DNA from: a virus
Lineage: Duplodnaviria; Caudoviricetes
Strand: one strand, 5' to 3'
DNA length: 64,000 bases
IMG/VR virus record: IMGVR_UViG_3300011116_001007
A program made the position numbers and the translations under genes. Positions within the stretch are counted from its first letter, which is position 1. Each line of letters begins with the position of its first letter. Shown here in pieces: positions 1-9,816 of the stretch. The notes beneath the pieces are model-generated. The model saw nothing but the letters and a program-made list of their open reading frames with translations. It ran no database searches and had not been told where the DNA came from.

Positions 1-897
1 GTCTATAGTGGGATTCCATCCAGTGAGTTCGCGTAGTTTGTTACTGTTTAATGTATCACGATTTGGATAAAAGCTATCGTGCGGCAAACAATCAATCTTG
101 CTGGGAATACGATGTTGTATAAGTTCTGCAGCTTCTAAAATACGTCGACCATTACCTCTTGTGCAATTAAAAATTTCATTGGCACATGCAGCATGAGTTG
201 CAGCAGTAGCAAAAGCATCAGCAACATCGGTGACCCAGGAAAAATCTAATCGATTTTCGGGACCATGCACTTGTATTTGACCTTGAGTAAGTGCAGCCAC
301 TGCCATTTTTGATATCACCCGCACCACAGTATCTCTTGTGCCGTATAATGCACTGGGTCTTAGAATACTGTATTCTAATCCATGTTCCTTGTGCCAAATT
401 TTACACATTTGTTCGCATTGCAGTTTATAACTGCCGTACAAGGTCAATGGATTACACACAGCAGTTTCGGTAGGAGCAGACGAACCAAATTCTCCATACA
501 CCATGCTGCTGCTGGCCAGTACAAATCTTTTCACATGATGTTTGACACATAGATCCAATGCTATAGCCGTGGCAGTGATCATGTTTTCTGTAGCGTCAAT
601 TACATTGCGTTTGACCATCTTGGCATTGGGATATGTTGCCAAATCAATTGCCACATCAAACGACTGTGTTTCAAACACAGACTGCATGAATTTGAGATCC
701 GTAACATCACCAAATGCAAAATTATGAGCTGGCATATGTGTTAGACGTTGTTCAAGTATGGGATTGTATTCCCAATCAGGATAGTCTCCATAGGTATGAT
801 GCCGGTCCACTACTGTGATGCTGTGTCCTTGGTCTGCCAGCACCTTGGCTGTGTGATGACCAATAAAACCATGACCGCCCAATATCAATATGTTCAT
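1..897 (-). CDS. NAD-dependent epimerase/dehydratase (partial, runs off window start)
   Basis: Translated by hand, not in ORF track: MNILILGGHGFIG (GxxGxxG), SSSMVYG, YGSYK (YxxxK); ATGA overlap with upstream gene. Confidence 0.9.
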   Translation of the reverse strand, partial: MNILILGGHGFIGHHTAKVLADQGHSITVVDRHHTYGDYPDWEYNPILEQRLTHMPAHNFAFGDVTDLKFMQSVFETQSFDVAIDLATYPNAKMVKRNVIDATENMITATAIALDLCVKHHVKRFVLASSSMVYGEFGSSAPTETAVCNPLTLYGSYKLQCEQMCKIWHKEHGLEYSILRPSALYGTRDTVVRVISKMAVAALTQGQIQVHGPENRLDFSWVTDVADAFATAATHAACANEIFNCTRGNGRRILEAAELIQHRIPSKIDCLPHDSFYPNRDTLNSNKLRELTGWNPTID

Positions 898-1925
898 TGT
901 AGTATTTTTCCTATATGTTCTACTTCTGCATCAGTCAATGTGTGTTGATTTGGCACACTAAAACTGATTTTGCTGAGACGATCACTGTTGGTTGCAACAC
1001 CCGGGTATAAGTATTCTTGGTGAATCGGTAGTTGATAATGAACAGCACATTCTATTCCTGCATTGCGTAATTCAACTACAGTTTGATCTCTTAGATCACT
1101 TTGGAATACCAGTTTACTGTAGGTGTGTTGTTGTAGATGTTGTTGCATGCCTGATTGATATTTACTACGTTCTATTAAATATTGAGCAATTTTGTTTCTA
1201 CGTGTTTGCCAGGTGTTAGAATGATCTAATCCAGACCATATGCAGGCCGCTTCAAAACTACTGATCATACTGTTAAGTCCAGGATCGATAGCATGATCTG
1301 AGTTGCGATTCTTACCATGTAATCGCAACAGTCTGCATGATTCAGCAACAGCATCACTGTCAGTGAGCACAGCACCTCCACTGCCCCAGCTGCTGATAGG
1401 TTTGCTTGGAGCAAAACTTACACAGCCAACTACCCCATTTTTGGCACTCCAGCAGGTACCGTTGTGACTTTCTAGACTTTGTGCAGCATCGCTGATCAAT
1501 GGAATTTTCAATTGATTTAACGACTCCCAATGACTCATGTTACCAAATATATCAACAGCCACCACAGCAGCACAATCAGAAATTTTGCCAACGTCAATAC
1601 AATAGTCATTGCCAACATCTATAGGTACAACTTGATGTCCGGCACGTGCCACTGCATGTGCAGTAGCAGTAAATGTATAACTGCTCACTGCCACACGAGA
1701 CTGCGGAGGAAGATTCAATGACTTAACAGCTAAAAATAATGCATCAGTGCAACTGGCAGTGGTCACACAATGTTTACGTCCATACTGTTGAGCCAGTCTC
1801 TGTTCTAATTTTTTTATCAACTGACTATTCTGAGCCAGTCCTTGTGCATGATCTTGTTCAACCAGGTGCCATACCTGTTCGCGTATGGTTCTCCAGTTTA
1901 AACTATTTTGAAATAAAGATATCAT
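894..1925 (-). CDS. DegT/DnrJ/EryC1/StrS PLP-dependent sugar aminotransferase
   Basis: SCTDAL, DAAQS, SFAPSKPISSWGSGG (PLP lysine) motifs. Confidence 0.9.
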   Translation of the reverse strand: MISLFQNSLNWRTIREQVWHLVEQDHAQGLAQNSQLIKKLEQRLAQQYGRKHCVTTASCTDALFLAVKSLNLPPQSRVAVSSYTFTATAHAVARAGHQVVPIDVGNDYCIDVGKISDCAAVVAVDIFGNMSHWESLNQLKIPLISDAAQSLESHNGTCWSAKNGVVGCVSFAPSKPISSWGSGGAVLTDSDAVAESCRLLRLHGKNRNSDHAIDPGLNSMISSFEAACIWSGLDHSNTWQTRRNKIAQYLIERSKYQSGMQQHLQQHTYSKLVFQSDLRDQTVVELRNAGIECAVHYQLPIHQEYLYPGVATNSDRLSKISFSVPNQHTLTDAEVEHIGKILQ

Positions 1926-1926
1926 A

Positions 1927-2547
1927 CTAAAAATAATTGTTTACCACAGTAAATGCTTCGGCTAACACTTGCTGATTACGCTGGGCCCAATATTGGTTGG
2001 TCACACGTACATGTTCTATATCTTCAAGACCAAGATAACTGTTATAACATTTCAACAAAGTTTTTTTAAATTCCCATTGATCTGATATGTCTACAAACAA
2101 ATTTGGCTGAGTAGAATAGTGATGGCAATAGGGCCATTGATGCATAATCCAAACTTGTTTGGCCAACTTCTTTACTATGGGCCATACCAAATGATAAGTG
2201 TTAACATGGTCTTGATGGCTGTCTTCAAAATTTGGTATGATAGCAATGTCACAAGATTCCAACAACAGAGACAATCTAGACATAGTCACATTGTCTCTTA
2301 CCAAATTAGGTCGACCATTGCTGTGTAAATCAGTATCAAACACACGAAGTTCAAATTTTGAATTTTGATAACTACAATCTAACTCTGCTTGTACTACTGA
2401 TTGGTCACGCCCTGGGCGATCCTCTGAACTGGGACGCACAGTGATTACAGAGATTATCTCAGCACCTTGTTCTTGAAATTTTTTCAGTGTTCCTGAACAT
2501 GCAATTTCAACATCATCAGGATGCGGAGAAATTACCAATATTTTCAT
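1927..2547 (-). CDS. PIG-L/LmbE family deacetylase
   Basis: SPHPDD and HQDH motifs. Confidence 0.85.
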   Translation of the reverse strand: MKILVISPHPDDVEIACSGTLKKFQEQGAEIISVITVRPSSEDRPGRDQSVVQAELDCSYQNSKFELRVFDTDLHSNGRPNLVRDNVTMSRLSLLLESCDIAIIPNFEDSHQDHVNTYHLVWPIVKKLAKQVWIMHQWPYCHHYSTQPNLFVDISDQWEFKKTLLKCYNSYLGLEDIEHVRVTNQYWAQRNQQVLAEAFTVVNNYF

Positions 2548-3524
2548 CGACGATTCCAGTAAAGGCTACTTTTAAACCAGGCCAGGTAATTATCAAATCC
2601 TTCTGCTACATCAACTTTGGGATCATATCCTAACACAGCTCTAGCACGATCAATATTCAACGCACCGCGTGATGGAAAGTCTGCGTCTTTATCACGCAAT
2701 TCAATTGTGCCATTGGCTACAATTTTAACAATCATCTCAGCAGCCTGTGACAAGCTCACGCTGTGGCTTTTTGTGATGTTGAAAGTTTGATTAGCAGCAG
2801 CAGGGATTAGTGCAGCAGCCACAACACCATCGGCAGCATCATCCACATAGGTAAAGTCTAATGTTTCGTTTGCTCCGTTAACTTTAAGCACTCCGCCGCG
2901 CATTGCTGTGAGCATGAATTTTGATACGACGCGGTCTTCCACGTCCAAGGGGCCATATACAGCACTAGGCCTAAGTATAACATAATCAAAACATCCCCTA
3001 CGATTGTAGTCTTTAACAAGGTCTTCTCCTGCAAGTTTCATAATGCCATATTGTCCTTGTGGACGGCATACAGCGTCTTCGGTCACATCATTGGCAAAGT
3101 CACCATACACCATTGAGCTTGAAATGTAAACAACTCGTTTCACATGGTGTTTTTTGGCACTCTCAAGTATGTTGATCAAGCCTTCCATCATGACTCTAGC
3201 ACCCCATGCAGGGTTGGCATTTACAACTTTCTGTCGAGGAAAGCTGGCCATATGGATCACTACATCAGGCTGTTCAATTTCAAATATGTCATTGATAGTT
3301 TCTCTATCACAGATGCTTTGAGTATACATGTGCAAAGGCGACTGCTTTATTTTCTTCAGTCGCTCACCAATCAAATAATCAAGTTCACTTTGAGGAATCA
3401 TTCCATACGTGGTTTGATTATCAACAACGGATACTGTGTGTGATTGATCTTGTAGTCTTTTGACCACATTGTGCCCAATCAGTCCAAGCCCGCCTGTGAC
3501 TAGTATTTTCATTGTCTTGTCCAT
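2544..3524 (-). CDS. NAD-dependent epimerase/dehydratase
   Basis: TGGLGLIG, SSSMVYG, YGIMK motifs. Confidence 0.9.
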   Translation of the reverse strand: MDKTMKILVTGGLGLIGHNVVKRLQDQSHTVSVVDNQTTYGMIPQSELDYLIGERLKKIKQSPLHMYTQSICDRETINDIFEIEQPDVVIHMASFPRQKVVNANPAWGARVMMEGLINILESAKKHHVKRVVYISSSMVYGDFANDVTEDAVCRPQGQYGIMKLAGEDLVKDYNRRGCFDYVILRPSAVYGPLDVEDRVVSKFMLTAMRGGVLKVNGANETLDFTYVDDAADGVVAAALIPAAANQTFNITKSHSVSLSQAAEMIVKIVANGTIELRDKDADFPSRGALNIDRARAVLGYDPKVDVAEGFDNYLAWFKSSLYWNRR

Positions 3525-3805
3525 TTCAATTTATAAAACATGTAAACTTTTTCATCCATCACAGTAAATTTACCAGGGCGATCCCAGTAGCAACCATCTG
3601 CAAATTTTCCTGGCGGTCCGTATGTTTTTTCTAACCACCGATACTCTTCGTCCTTGAGATTTCCGGCTACATGCAAATATGTTGGAACAAATTCTGTACC
3701 GTTCCAGATCTGTTTTTTCACAGGAGGACGAGGAACTGCTACATCTCGTTCGTCTATGTATTCAATCATTCGTTCGTGTATGAATTCAGATTTTGGTGTT
3801 AACAT
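3509..3805 (-). CDS. hypothetical protein
   Basis: Packed ORF; ends ..FYKLKW like neighbouring small phage proteins. Confidence 0.6.
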   Translation of the reverse strand: MLTPKSEFIHERMIEYIDERDVAVPRPPVKKQIWNGTEFVPTYLHVAGNLKDEEYRWLEKTYGPPGKFADGCYWDRPGKFTVMDEKVYMFYKLKWTRQ

Positions 3806-4124
3806 ATTTTAGTTTGTAAAACGTTTGGTCTGATTCTTTCATGCGTGCCATGATAACAAACTCAAATCCGTATGTCATATGATCAACTGTGCGTACCCAC
3901 CAAGGAGGTTCCACAGCATGCTCCATCACAAACTTACCAGCTTCGGTTTGTTGCCATTCGTATATGGGCTGAGCAGCGTACAGCACAGGATCTTCTACAT
4001 CTCCCAAGAGAAATCGATGCACTGGCAAGTCAGATATTGTCACAGCCTGGCCATTGACTATCTTGGTCCGTCGTGGTTTGCTGTGTTTGTTATGTTCTCG
4101 ATCTAGATCGCGTAAAATGGTCAT
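3786..4124 (-). CDS. hypothetical protein
   Basis: ORF directly behind a sigma70-like promoter. Confidence 0.65.
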   Translation of the reverse strand: MTILRDLDREHNKHSKPRRTKIVNGQAVTISDLPVHRFLLGDVEDPVLYAAQPIYEWQQTEAGKFVMEHAVEPPWWVRTVDHMTYGFEFVIMARMKESDQTFYKLKYVNTKI

Positions 4125-4129
4125 GTGCT

Positions 4130-4158
4130 AGTATAGCACGCCGTTTGATTTTATGCAA
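4130..4158 (-). promoter_or_regulatory. sigma70-type promoter
   Basis: TTGCAT-N17-TATACT. Confidence 0.55.
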
Positions 4159-4816
4159 CTAAATTGGTAGCCATTGGAAAGATTTGAGCAATTACTTGAG
4201 CACATGCCACTGCCACTTGTTGATGTTCTCGTTGTGTGCCATTGGCACTGCGTAACTGAATGAAGTGTATCCAACTGCGTAGTGTGCCATTCATGTACAG
4301 TCTACTGACTGTGTTGCCTTCGGGCAATATGGCTCTGGCTTGTTCTTTGGCTATGCCTAATTCTATAGCCCTGGTATAGTGTTTGCGTGACAAATCTATT
4401 ACTTCTTGTTGAGCACTATCCCACCACAGTGCTAGATCTTCATCTGATGATTCTATACTGTTTTGTCTGTTTCGAGTGTCTTGTAATCTAGCGGCTCGCC
4501 GTACAAAGCTGAGATCCTGCGTTGGATCAGCATAACGTTGGCTGAACTCTTGGAAGCTGAAACTTCTGTGTCTGAGAATTTGTCTTGCAATATCTCTTGT
4601 GGTGGTAATTTCAATACAAGCTGAGACCATTTCGAGTGGGCTCCAGTGTTGGTGTTCAACGAGGTATTGAATAAGTCTTTCTGAAGTTTCTGTGTTGAAT
4701 TGATTGGAGGGATTGCTAACACGGGCACAGTATGCAATGAGATCTTGTGCATTTTCAATTCCCATGCTAGCAAATTCTTCAGTTGGCTGGCTGTGACTGA
4801 GCAGTCGGACATTCAT
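4151..4816 (-). CDS. thyX: FAD-dependent thymidylate synthase
   Basis: HWSPLE and RHRSFSFQEFSQRY signature. Confidence 0.97.
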   Translation of the reverse strand: MNVRLLSHSQPTEEFASMGIENAQDLIAYCARVSNPSNQFNTETSERLIQYLVEHQHWSPLEMVSACIEITTTRDIARQILRHRSFSFQEFSQRYADPTQDLSFVRRAARLQDTRNRQNSIESSDEDLALWWDSAQQEVIDLSRKHYTRAIELGIAKEQARAILPEGNTVSRLYMNGTLRSWIHFIQLRSANGTQREHQQVAVACAQVIAQIFPMATNLVA

Positions 4817-5115
4817 AGGTCTTTTAATAGCTTGTCTGTTTCTGGCTGCACCATGTTGGCCACAGCACTAACGTCAACCACAAAGTCAACGTCACGAACC
4901 GAGTCACCTAGATCGGTCAGAGTACGATTGAGAGCAATTTCAATTTGGTCTGTGTCCAGGCCCTGGCGCCGTAGTGTTTGTAAGTTAATGGTTTTTTGTT
5001 TGCGACCATCAATTTTTATAACAACCTTCTTGATACACTCAAGTGGCACTTCGGTCATTGACACTTCGTTGATAATATGTTCCCATCGGTCAAGAAACTC
5101 ATCACTGAACGGCAT
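4813..5115 (-). CDS. hypothetical protein
   Basis: Overlapping operon-packed ORF. Confidence 0.7.
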   Translation of the reverse strand: MPFSDEFLDRWEHIINEVSMTEVPLECIKKVVIKIDGRKQKTINLQTLRRQGLDTDQIEIALNRTLTDLGDSVRDVDFVVDVSAVANMVQPETDKLLKDL

Positions 5116-5845
5116 CTGAAGTCACTGGCTTGGCTTTTGCAGGACGACCTTTTTTTGGAGCAGTTGTTACAGCCACAACAGGCGGAGCAACAGGTATTTC
5201 AGCAGGGCCATTTTTTACACCGGGGTACATGCGTTGTGCATCTTTCTTCATGCGAGCAGCTTCTGAGATCATGCTCTTGGCTTCAATCTCCATGCGTTTG
5301 GCCTGAGACAACATATTGTGAGCCAATGTTTTATCATCTAATGCACCATTTGAGCTGGCCATTAATGGAGCCACAGGCGGCGTTACTGGCCCACGTTCTT
5401 GGCTGCGTTTGTATTCAGCTTCGGCCTTGCGCTTCTGTGCAGGATCCACAAACCCAGTATTTTTGTCAATTTCTTGTAGACGTTTGAGAGCAGCGTCTCC
5501 AGATTCCATCTCACGAATGATCTTGTTCATCTCATCCAGCTTGACTGAGCTTTGGCTAGTGGGTGTCACAATGATCTGTGCAGTGGGTACTTTCTTGATC
5601 ATGCCTTCTTTGTGCAATGCTTCCAATTGTGCGCGGCCATCGGGCAACAAGTTTCTGTGTAACACTTCGCTCAATTGTGTAGCTGCCTGACCAGGCGCAC
5701 TTTCTAATGTGGCCATAATGCTGTTATGGATATGTGTGGGCAATGTGTCTGGATAAATCACAAGGCACATGTGCTCCTCATTTGGCACTTCTCTGAATAA
5801 TATAGCAACCTTGCGATCACCGTGACGTCCGATATGTTTAAGCAT
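5102..5845 (-). CDS. hypothetical protein
   Basis: Start reassigned to MLKHIG (AGGAG RBS upstream). Confidence 0.75.
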   Translation of the reverse strand: MLKHIGRHGDRKVAILFREVPNEEHMCLVIYPDTLPTHIHNSIMATLESAPGQAATQLSEVLHRNLLPDGRAQLEALHKEGMIKKVPTAQIIVTPTSQSSVKLDEMNKIIREMESGDAALKRLQEIDKNTGFVDPAQKRKAEAEYKRSQERGPVTPPVAPLMASSNGALDDKTLAHNMLSQAKRMEIEAKSMISEAARMKKDAQRMYPGVKNGPAEIPVAPPVVAVTTAPKKGRPAKAKPVTSDAVQ

Positions 5846-6041
5846 TTTGCTCTCCTTGTGGATTTGGTTGCTCGGGAACAGGAGCAGGGGCACTGGATGC
5901 TGCTAAGAAAGCAGAGAGTTTTTCGTATATTCCTCCCACCAGCGTCATCTCATTGCCACGTATGGCTCCGCGAGTGATCACTGTGTCCAGTATAACTTTG
6001 ATTGACGCTAGGTCAGCAATGGTTAGTTGTTTGTCGTTCAT
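5838..6041 (-). CDS. hypothetical protein
   Basis: Small ORF preceded by TAAATA. Confidence 0.65.
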   Translation of the reverse strand: MNDKQLTIADLASIKVILDTVITRGAIRGNEMTLVGGIYEKLSAFLAASSAPAPVPEQPNPQGEQNA

Positions 6042-6058
6042 GTAGATATTTACAAAAG

Positions 6059-6092
6059 AAAACCTCCTAAGATAAATTTCTTAGGAGGTTTT
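6059..6092. terminator. bidirectional intrinsic terminator
   Basis: AAAACCTCCTAAGA/TCTTAGGAGGTTTT perfect inverted repeat. Confidence 0.8.
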
Positions 6093-6109
6093 GGCTAAAT
6101 TTGTTTTGA

Positions 6110-7414
6110 TTATTCGGCGTCGTCGTAGTAGGCATATTGTCCCCAGGGCGGAACAATGGTTGTGGTACCGTGCAAGATCCAAACAGTATCAGCATAGTTC
6201 TCATCGCCCCAGCTGCCCCAGGGATAACCGTCAGTAAACACAACCAGGCGTTTGGGTTCGATCTCGTTGTCTTTTAGGTATCTAAAAATTGCATCAAAAT
6301 CAGTACCACCACCACCTTGTACTTCGTAATCTCGGATATCATCCAAATTCTCCGAATCATACTGTTGCGGATTGTAGCATTCGGTATCGAATGTCACAAC
6401 ATGGATTTTGTAAGCAGGAAACGATTCCATGATACTAGCAGTCTCGCTCAAGATATCCTTGAGCATGCTCTCGTTCATTGAGCCCGAAGCGTCGATAAAC
6501 AGTGCAATATCAATCATGGGATCCAGCTTCATGCCAGGCATCACAGCATCCATGTGCCAACCTTTACGGCTGGCTCGCATCCAGGTGTAGTCACTCTTGA
6601 TTGTGCTCTCCAATTGCATACGCAACAGTTCGCGCCAGTTCATCTTGGGCTCAGTGAGATCTTGGATTATGCGCTTGACACCGGCAGGAATATTGCCAGC
6701 ACCATCCACAGTAGAAGCAGCCGCCAGCATGGCTTCTTTGATTTCATCGCGGATAGCTCTGCGTTCTTCTTCACTCAGTTTAGGACGTCCTTTGCCTTCG
6801 CCTTCTCCGTCGCCTTCACCTTCGCCATCGCCTTCGCCATCCAAATGCTCGTCGATCATCTTGTCAATGAGATCACTCATGTTGATCTTTTTAGCATTCT
6901 TCATCAAGTCGTCGTACACTTCTTCTGAGCTCATGCCATCGTACTTGACATCGTACAATGCAGGCACTGTGGTAATCAGCTCGCCTACTTTGTGTTTGAC
7001 CAAATCTGCATTCACACAGAAGTCGTTAGCGATATTCCAAATCTGCGGATCGCGTTCGCCACGACGTCCAAAATGGTCATAAACACAATGCAACACTTCG
7101 TGACCAAACAAGAATTCAATCTCTTTGGTCTTGAGCATTTTGATAAAGCGACTGTTGTAATAAAAATTACGACCATCTGTTGCCGCAGTACCGCACCATT
7201 CATCGGCATTGACCAATTTCAAACGTGTGGCAAGATTGCCAAAGAAACTGGCCTTGAGCAACAGACCTACACGGGCTGTGACTAATTTCTCACGTACCTC
7301 GTTGTCTATCTTAGGGTCAGTGGGTCCAAGTAGATTTTTGTACTTGTCGGATTCTTTTTTGTTATTGGTGGTGCCAGCTGTGGCATACAGTACATTGGGA
7401 TTGAAAAATTGCAT
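6110..7414 (-). CDS. DUF2201-type metallopeptidase plus VWA domain protein
   Basis: HEVLH (HExxH), GEGDGE acidic linker, DASGS MIDAS, GGGGTDF; AAGGAG RBS before 7414. Confidence 0.9.
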   Translation of the reverse strand: MQFFNPNVLYATAGTTNNKKESDKYKNLLGPTDPKIDNEVREKLVTARVGLLLKASFFGNLATRLKLVNADEWCGTAATDGRNFYYNSRFIKMLKTKEIEFLFGHEVLHCVYDHFGRRGERDPQIWNIANDFCVNADLVKHKVGELITTVPALYDVKYDGMSSEEVYDDLMKNAKKINMSDLIDKMIDEHLDGEGDGEGEGDGEGEGKGRPKLSEEERRAIRDEIKEAMLAAASTVDGAGNIPAGVKRIIQDLTEPKMNWRELLRMQLESTIKSDYTWMRASRKGWHMDAVMPGMKLDPMIDIALFIDASGSMNESMLKDILSETASIMESFPAYKIHVVTFDTECYNPQQYDSENLDDIRDYEVQGGGGTDFDAIFRYLKDNEIEPKRLVVFTDGYPWGSWGDENYADTVWILHGTTTIVPPWGQYAYYDDAE

Positions 7415-7441
7415 GACTACTCCTTTTTTGGACATACGTGT

Positions 7442-7470
7442 ATTATAGCACTGGTGCCAATACCGGTCAA
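7442..7470 (-). promoter_or_regulatory. sigma70-type promoter
   Basis: TTGACC-N17-TATAAT. Confidence 0.8.
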
Positions 7471-7476
7471 CCAGCA

Positions 7477-7770
7477 CTAGAGATATTTAAGTTGGAACCA
7501 AGATAATGCTGACTCGTTGTAAAAGTCTAGGTGAATTTGGTGTTGTAAATATCCTCTAGGAACAATATCATCTCCTTGGTGATTTTTATTGACAGTGATC
7601 CATTGATTATGATTTCGAATTGTGAAACCTAATTCACGTTTCAGTACCCAGGATATAGCAATTGTAGATCCGTACTCAGATAATATCTTTTGCCATATGC
7701 TATCCCAATAGTCAGTATCATTAAAAATAACAAGATTGGGCTTGACTACAATTTTTTTCTCTGTTGTCAT
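7477..7770 (-). CDS. hypothetical protein
   Basis: Ends WFQLKYL, similar to neighbour; TAG stop. Confidence 0.65.
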   Translation of the reverse strand: MTTEKKIVVKPNLVIFNDTDYWDSIWQKILSEYGSTIAISWVLKRELGFTIRNHNQWITVNKNHQGDDIVPRGYLQHQIHLDFYNESALSWFQLKYL

Positions 7771-8090
7771 ACATCACGGACATGGCTCAATTGAAACCAA
7801 GCCAGTTCTTTGTCCGAATTTACATATATTCGATAATTTTTATATTGAGTTGTAAATGCCCAGTGAAAGTTTATATCGTTGTCCTGCACCCGCGACAGGC
7901 CAGCCAACTTTTGTTGCACTTCTGCTTCTTGACTCCAACCAAAGTTGGTATTGAACCAACGACGAGCACGATCAAAGTCCAACGCGCCAGTGCCAGTGCT
8001 AGCCCAAGACGCTTTACTGAACTCAATTGAGTATTTGTAAATCTTGTAATGACGATGGCGTCGATCCAATTTGATTATTTCGTATTTCAT
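7767..8090 (-). CDS. hypothetical protein
   Basis: ATGA-coupled ORF; ends WFQLS.. Confidence 0.65.
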   Translation of the reverse strand: MKYEIIKLDRRHRHYKIYKYSIEFSKASWASTGTGALDFDRARRWFNTNFGWSQEAEVQQKLAGLSRVQDNDINFHWAFTTQYKNYRIYVNSDKELAWFQLSHVRDV

Positions 8091-8095
8091 AATTG

Positions 8096-8120
8096 AAAAC
8101 GGGCCCGGAGGCCCGTTTTT
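8096..8120. terminator. intrinsic terminator
   Basis: AAAACGGGCC-CGGA-GGCCCGTTTT after the MoxR gene. Confidence 0.8.
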
Positions 8121-9211
8121 TAGTTGCCGCTTTGCAGGATGTATTTGCCAAATCGTTTGTGAAACTCATCAAAGTGTTTCATCTTGGTTGGCAAAAATGG
8201 CAAGTCGTATGTGGTCAACGCAATACGAGCACCCATCACAGTCAGCTCAGTCTCAAAGTTATTCATCATGTAGCTGAGGAAGTTGTCAGCCATTTCGTGG
8301 AACTTCTTCTGTTCCACTTTTTTCTCCACTGCATCTTTCAGCTCGTAGCACATGGAAATAACCAGACTGTACATGGCACTGACTTCTTTGAGATTCAAAT
8401 CCTTGACTTTGCCACTCAAGATATCTTCAGGCTTGGGCATGCGTCCTGCCACCTTGCGGTGTGCCATAAACTTTACTGCAAGTCCTTCACCGACTGTGCC
8501 TGCTACCAAGTTGGTAATGGTATCGTCGTCGCCGTCGTCATCTTCCAACAATTCGCTAACGAATGTCCAGGTACGCGGAGTAGCGAATGCACGGCTTGAG
8601 CTCTTGGCATCAAAGTCGTACAGGTCTTGCTTGGCAAAACTCAAGTAACCCACAACGTCTTTGTGGATGTTGTTGAGCACAGCCCATTGTTGCCAGCTAG
8701 AAAAGTCCACCTTCATCTCTTGATGCAAGAAACGATTTGCCAGTGGCGTGGGCATACGGAACGTTACACCTTTGTCGCTTTCGCGGTTGCCAGCAGCCAC
8801 CATCACTACATTCTTGGGCAAGCGATATTTGCCAATGCGACGGTTGAGAATCAACTGATACGCCGCTGACTGAACACTGGGCGCGGCACTGTTCAGCTCG
8901 TCCAAGAACAAGACCACAATAGGATACTGACTGGCCATTTCTTCATCGGGCAGTTCCACGGGAGGAGCCCAATCCATCTTGCCCGAGTCCTTGTTGTAGA
9001 ACGGAATACCACGGATGTCAGTGGGCTCCATCTGTCCCAGGCGCAGGTCGATCATGAGACCGCCTAGTTCGTTAGTGATACCTTCAACCAATTCGCTCTT
9101 GCCAATACCCGGAGGGCCCCACAAGAACAACGGACGTTGAACTTTGAATGCTTTGAGCAGGCTCTTGCGAGCTTGATTAGAAGTAACTGTGCGTGCGTCT
9201 GAAACTGCCAT
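8120..9211 (-). CDS. MoxR-like AAA+ ATPase
   Basis: GPPGIGKS Walker A, LFLDE Walker B, AAGN sensor, LANRF arginine finger. Confidence 0.92.
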   Translation of the reverse strand: MAVSDARTVTSNQARKSLLKAFKVQRPLFLWGPPGIGKSELVEGITNELGGLMIDLRLGQMEPTDIRGIPFYNKDSGKMDWAPPVELPDEEMASQYPIVVLFLDELNSAAPSVQSAAYQLILNRRIGKYRLPKNVVMVAAGNRESDKGVTFRMPTPLANRFLHQEMKVDFSSWQQWAVLNNIHKDVVGYLSFAKQDLYDFDAKSSSRAFATPRTWTFVSELLEDDDGDDDTITNLVAGTVGEGLAVKFMAHRKVAGRMPKPEDILSGKVKDLNLKEVSAMYSLVISMCYELKDAVEKKVEQKKFHEMADNFLSYMMNNFETELTVMGARIALTTYDLPFLPTKMKHFDEFHKRFGKYILQSGN

Positions 9212-9243
9212 AAAATGTTCCTTAGTTATGTTGCGATGTGTTT

Positions 9244-9272
9244 ATTGTAGCAGACTGTGAATTTCCAGTCAA
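9244..9272 (-). promoter_or_regulatory. sigma70-type promoter
   Basis: TTGACT-N17-TACAAT. Confidence 0.75.
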
Positions 9273-9276
9273 CTGT

Positions 9277-9489
9277 TTATTTCTGTGTAATGGTGGTCTT
9301 GAACAAGATGCCGCATAGGGTGCTGATACCCCAAGCCTGAATCCAACCAATCTCTCGGATGCCTGTTACTGCGGGCATTAAGCATTCATTCCACAGGATC
9401 ATCACCGGCCAACTTAGGAGGAAGGAGATGAACAGCAAGGTAACAATGCTGACTACCATTGCGGTGAGTGCCACAATTAGATTTTTCAT
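9277..9489 (-). CDS. small membrane protein
   Basis: Hydrophobic MKNLIVALTAM..; start reassigned using GGAGAG RBS. Confidence 0.6.
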   Translation of the reverse strand: MKNLIVALTAMVVSIVTLLFISFLLSWPVMILWNECLMPAVTGIREIGWIQAWGISTLCGILFKTTITQK

Positions 9490-9490
9490 A

Positions 9491-9757
9491 TCACTCTCCT
9501 GTGTAGAATTCGTAGATCTTGACGCTGGGATCCAACTTCTGCAGTTCTTGTGCAGCCGTTGACAACACCTTGTGACGGTGTTGAACTTCTGCGCGAGATA
9601 GTTCGCCATCGCAGGTCAAGTTCTCTGGGCTGAGGTCTGCATCCAGTGCGTCAGCCACACGCTGGCGACCTTGGGCAGTTTGGATCTCAAACTGCTCGCC
9701 TTTGAAAATGGCGTTCCAGCGATTCTTACGGTCAATGTATGCTTGCAATGCTTTCAT
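9491..9757 (-). CDS. hypothetical protein
   Basis: MKALQAYIDR.. behind promoter and AAGGAG RBS. Confidence 0.7.
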   Translation of the reverse strand: MKALQAYIDRKNRWNAIFKGEQFEIQTAQGRQRVADALDADLSPENLTCDGELSRAEVQHRHKVLSTAAQELQKLDPSVKIYEFYTGE

Positions 9758-9782
9758 ATCAGCTCCTTGTTGCGATGTGTTT

Positions 9783-9811
9783 ATTATAGCAGTTTGGACA
9801 ATACCGGTCAA
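9783..9811 (-). promoter_or_regulatory. sigma70-type promoter
   Basis: TTGACC-N17-TATAAT. Confidence 0.8.
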
Positions 9812-9816
9812 CCGTT

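Noticed and set aside
6800-6845. GEGDGE tandem repeat
   Set aside because: Ordinary low-complexity acidic linker of DUF2201/VWA proteins
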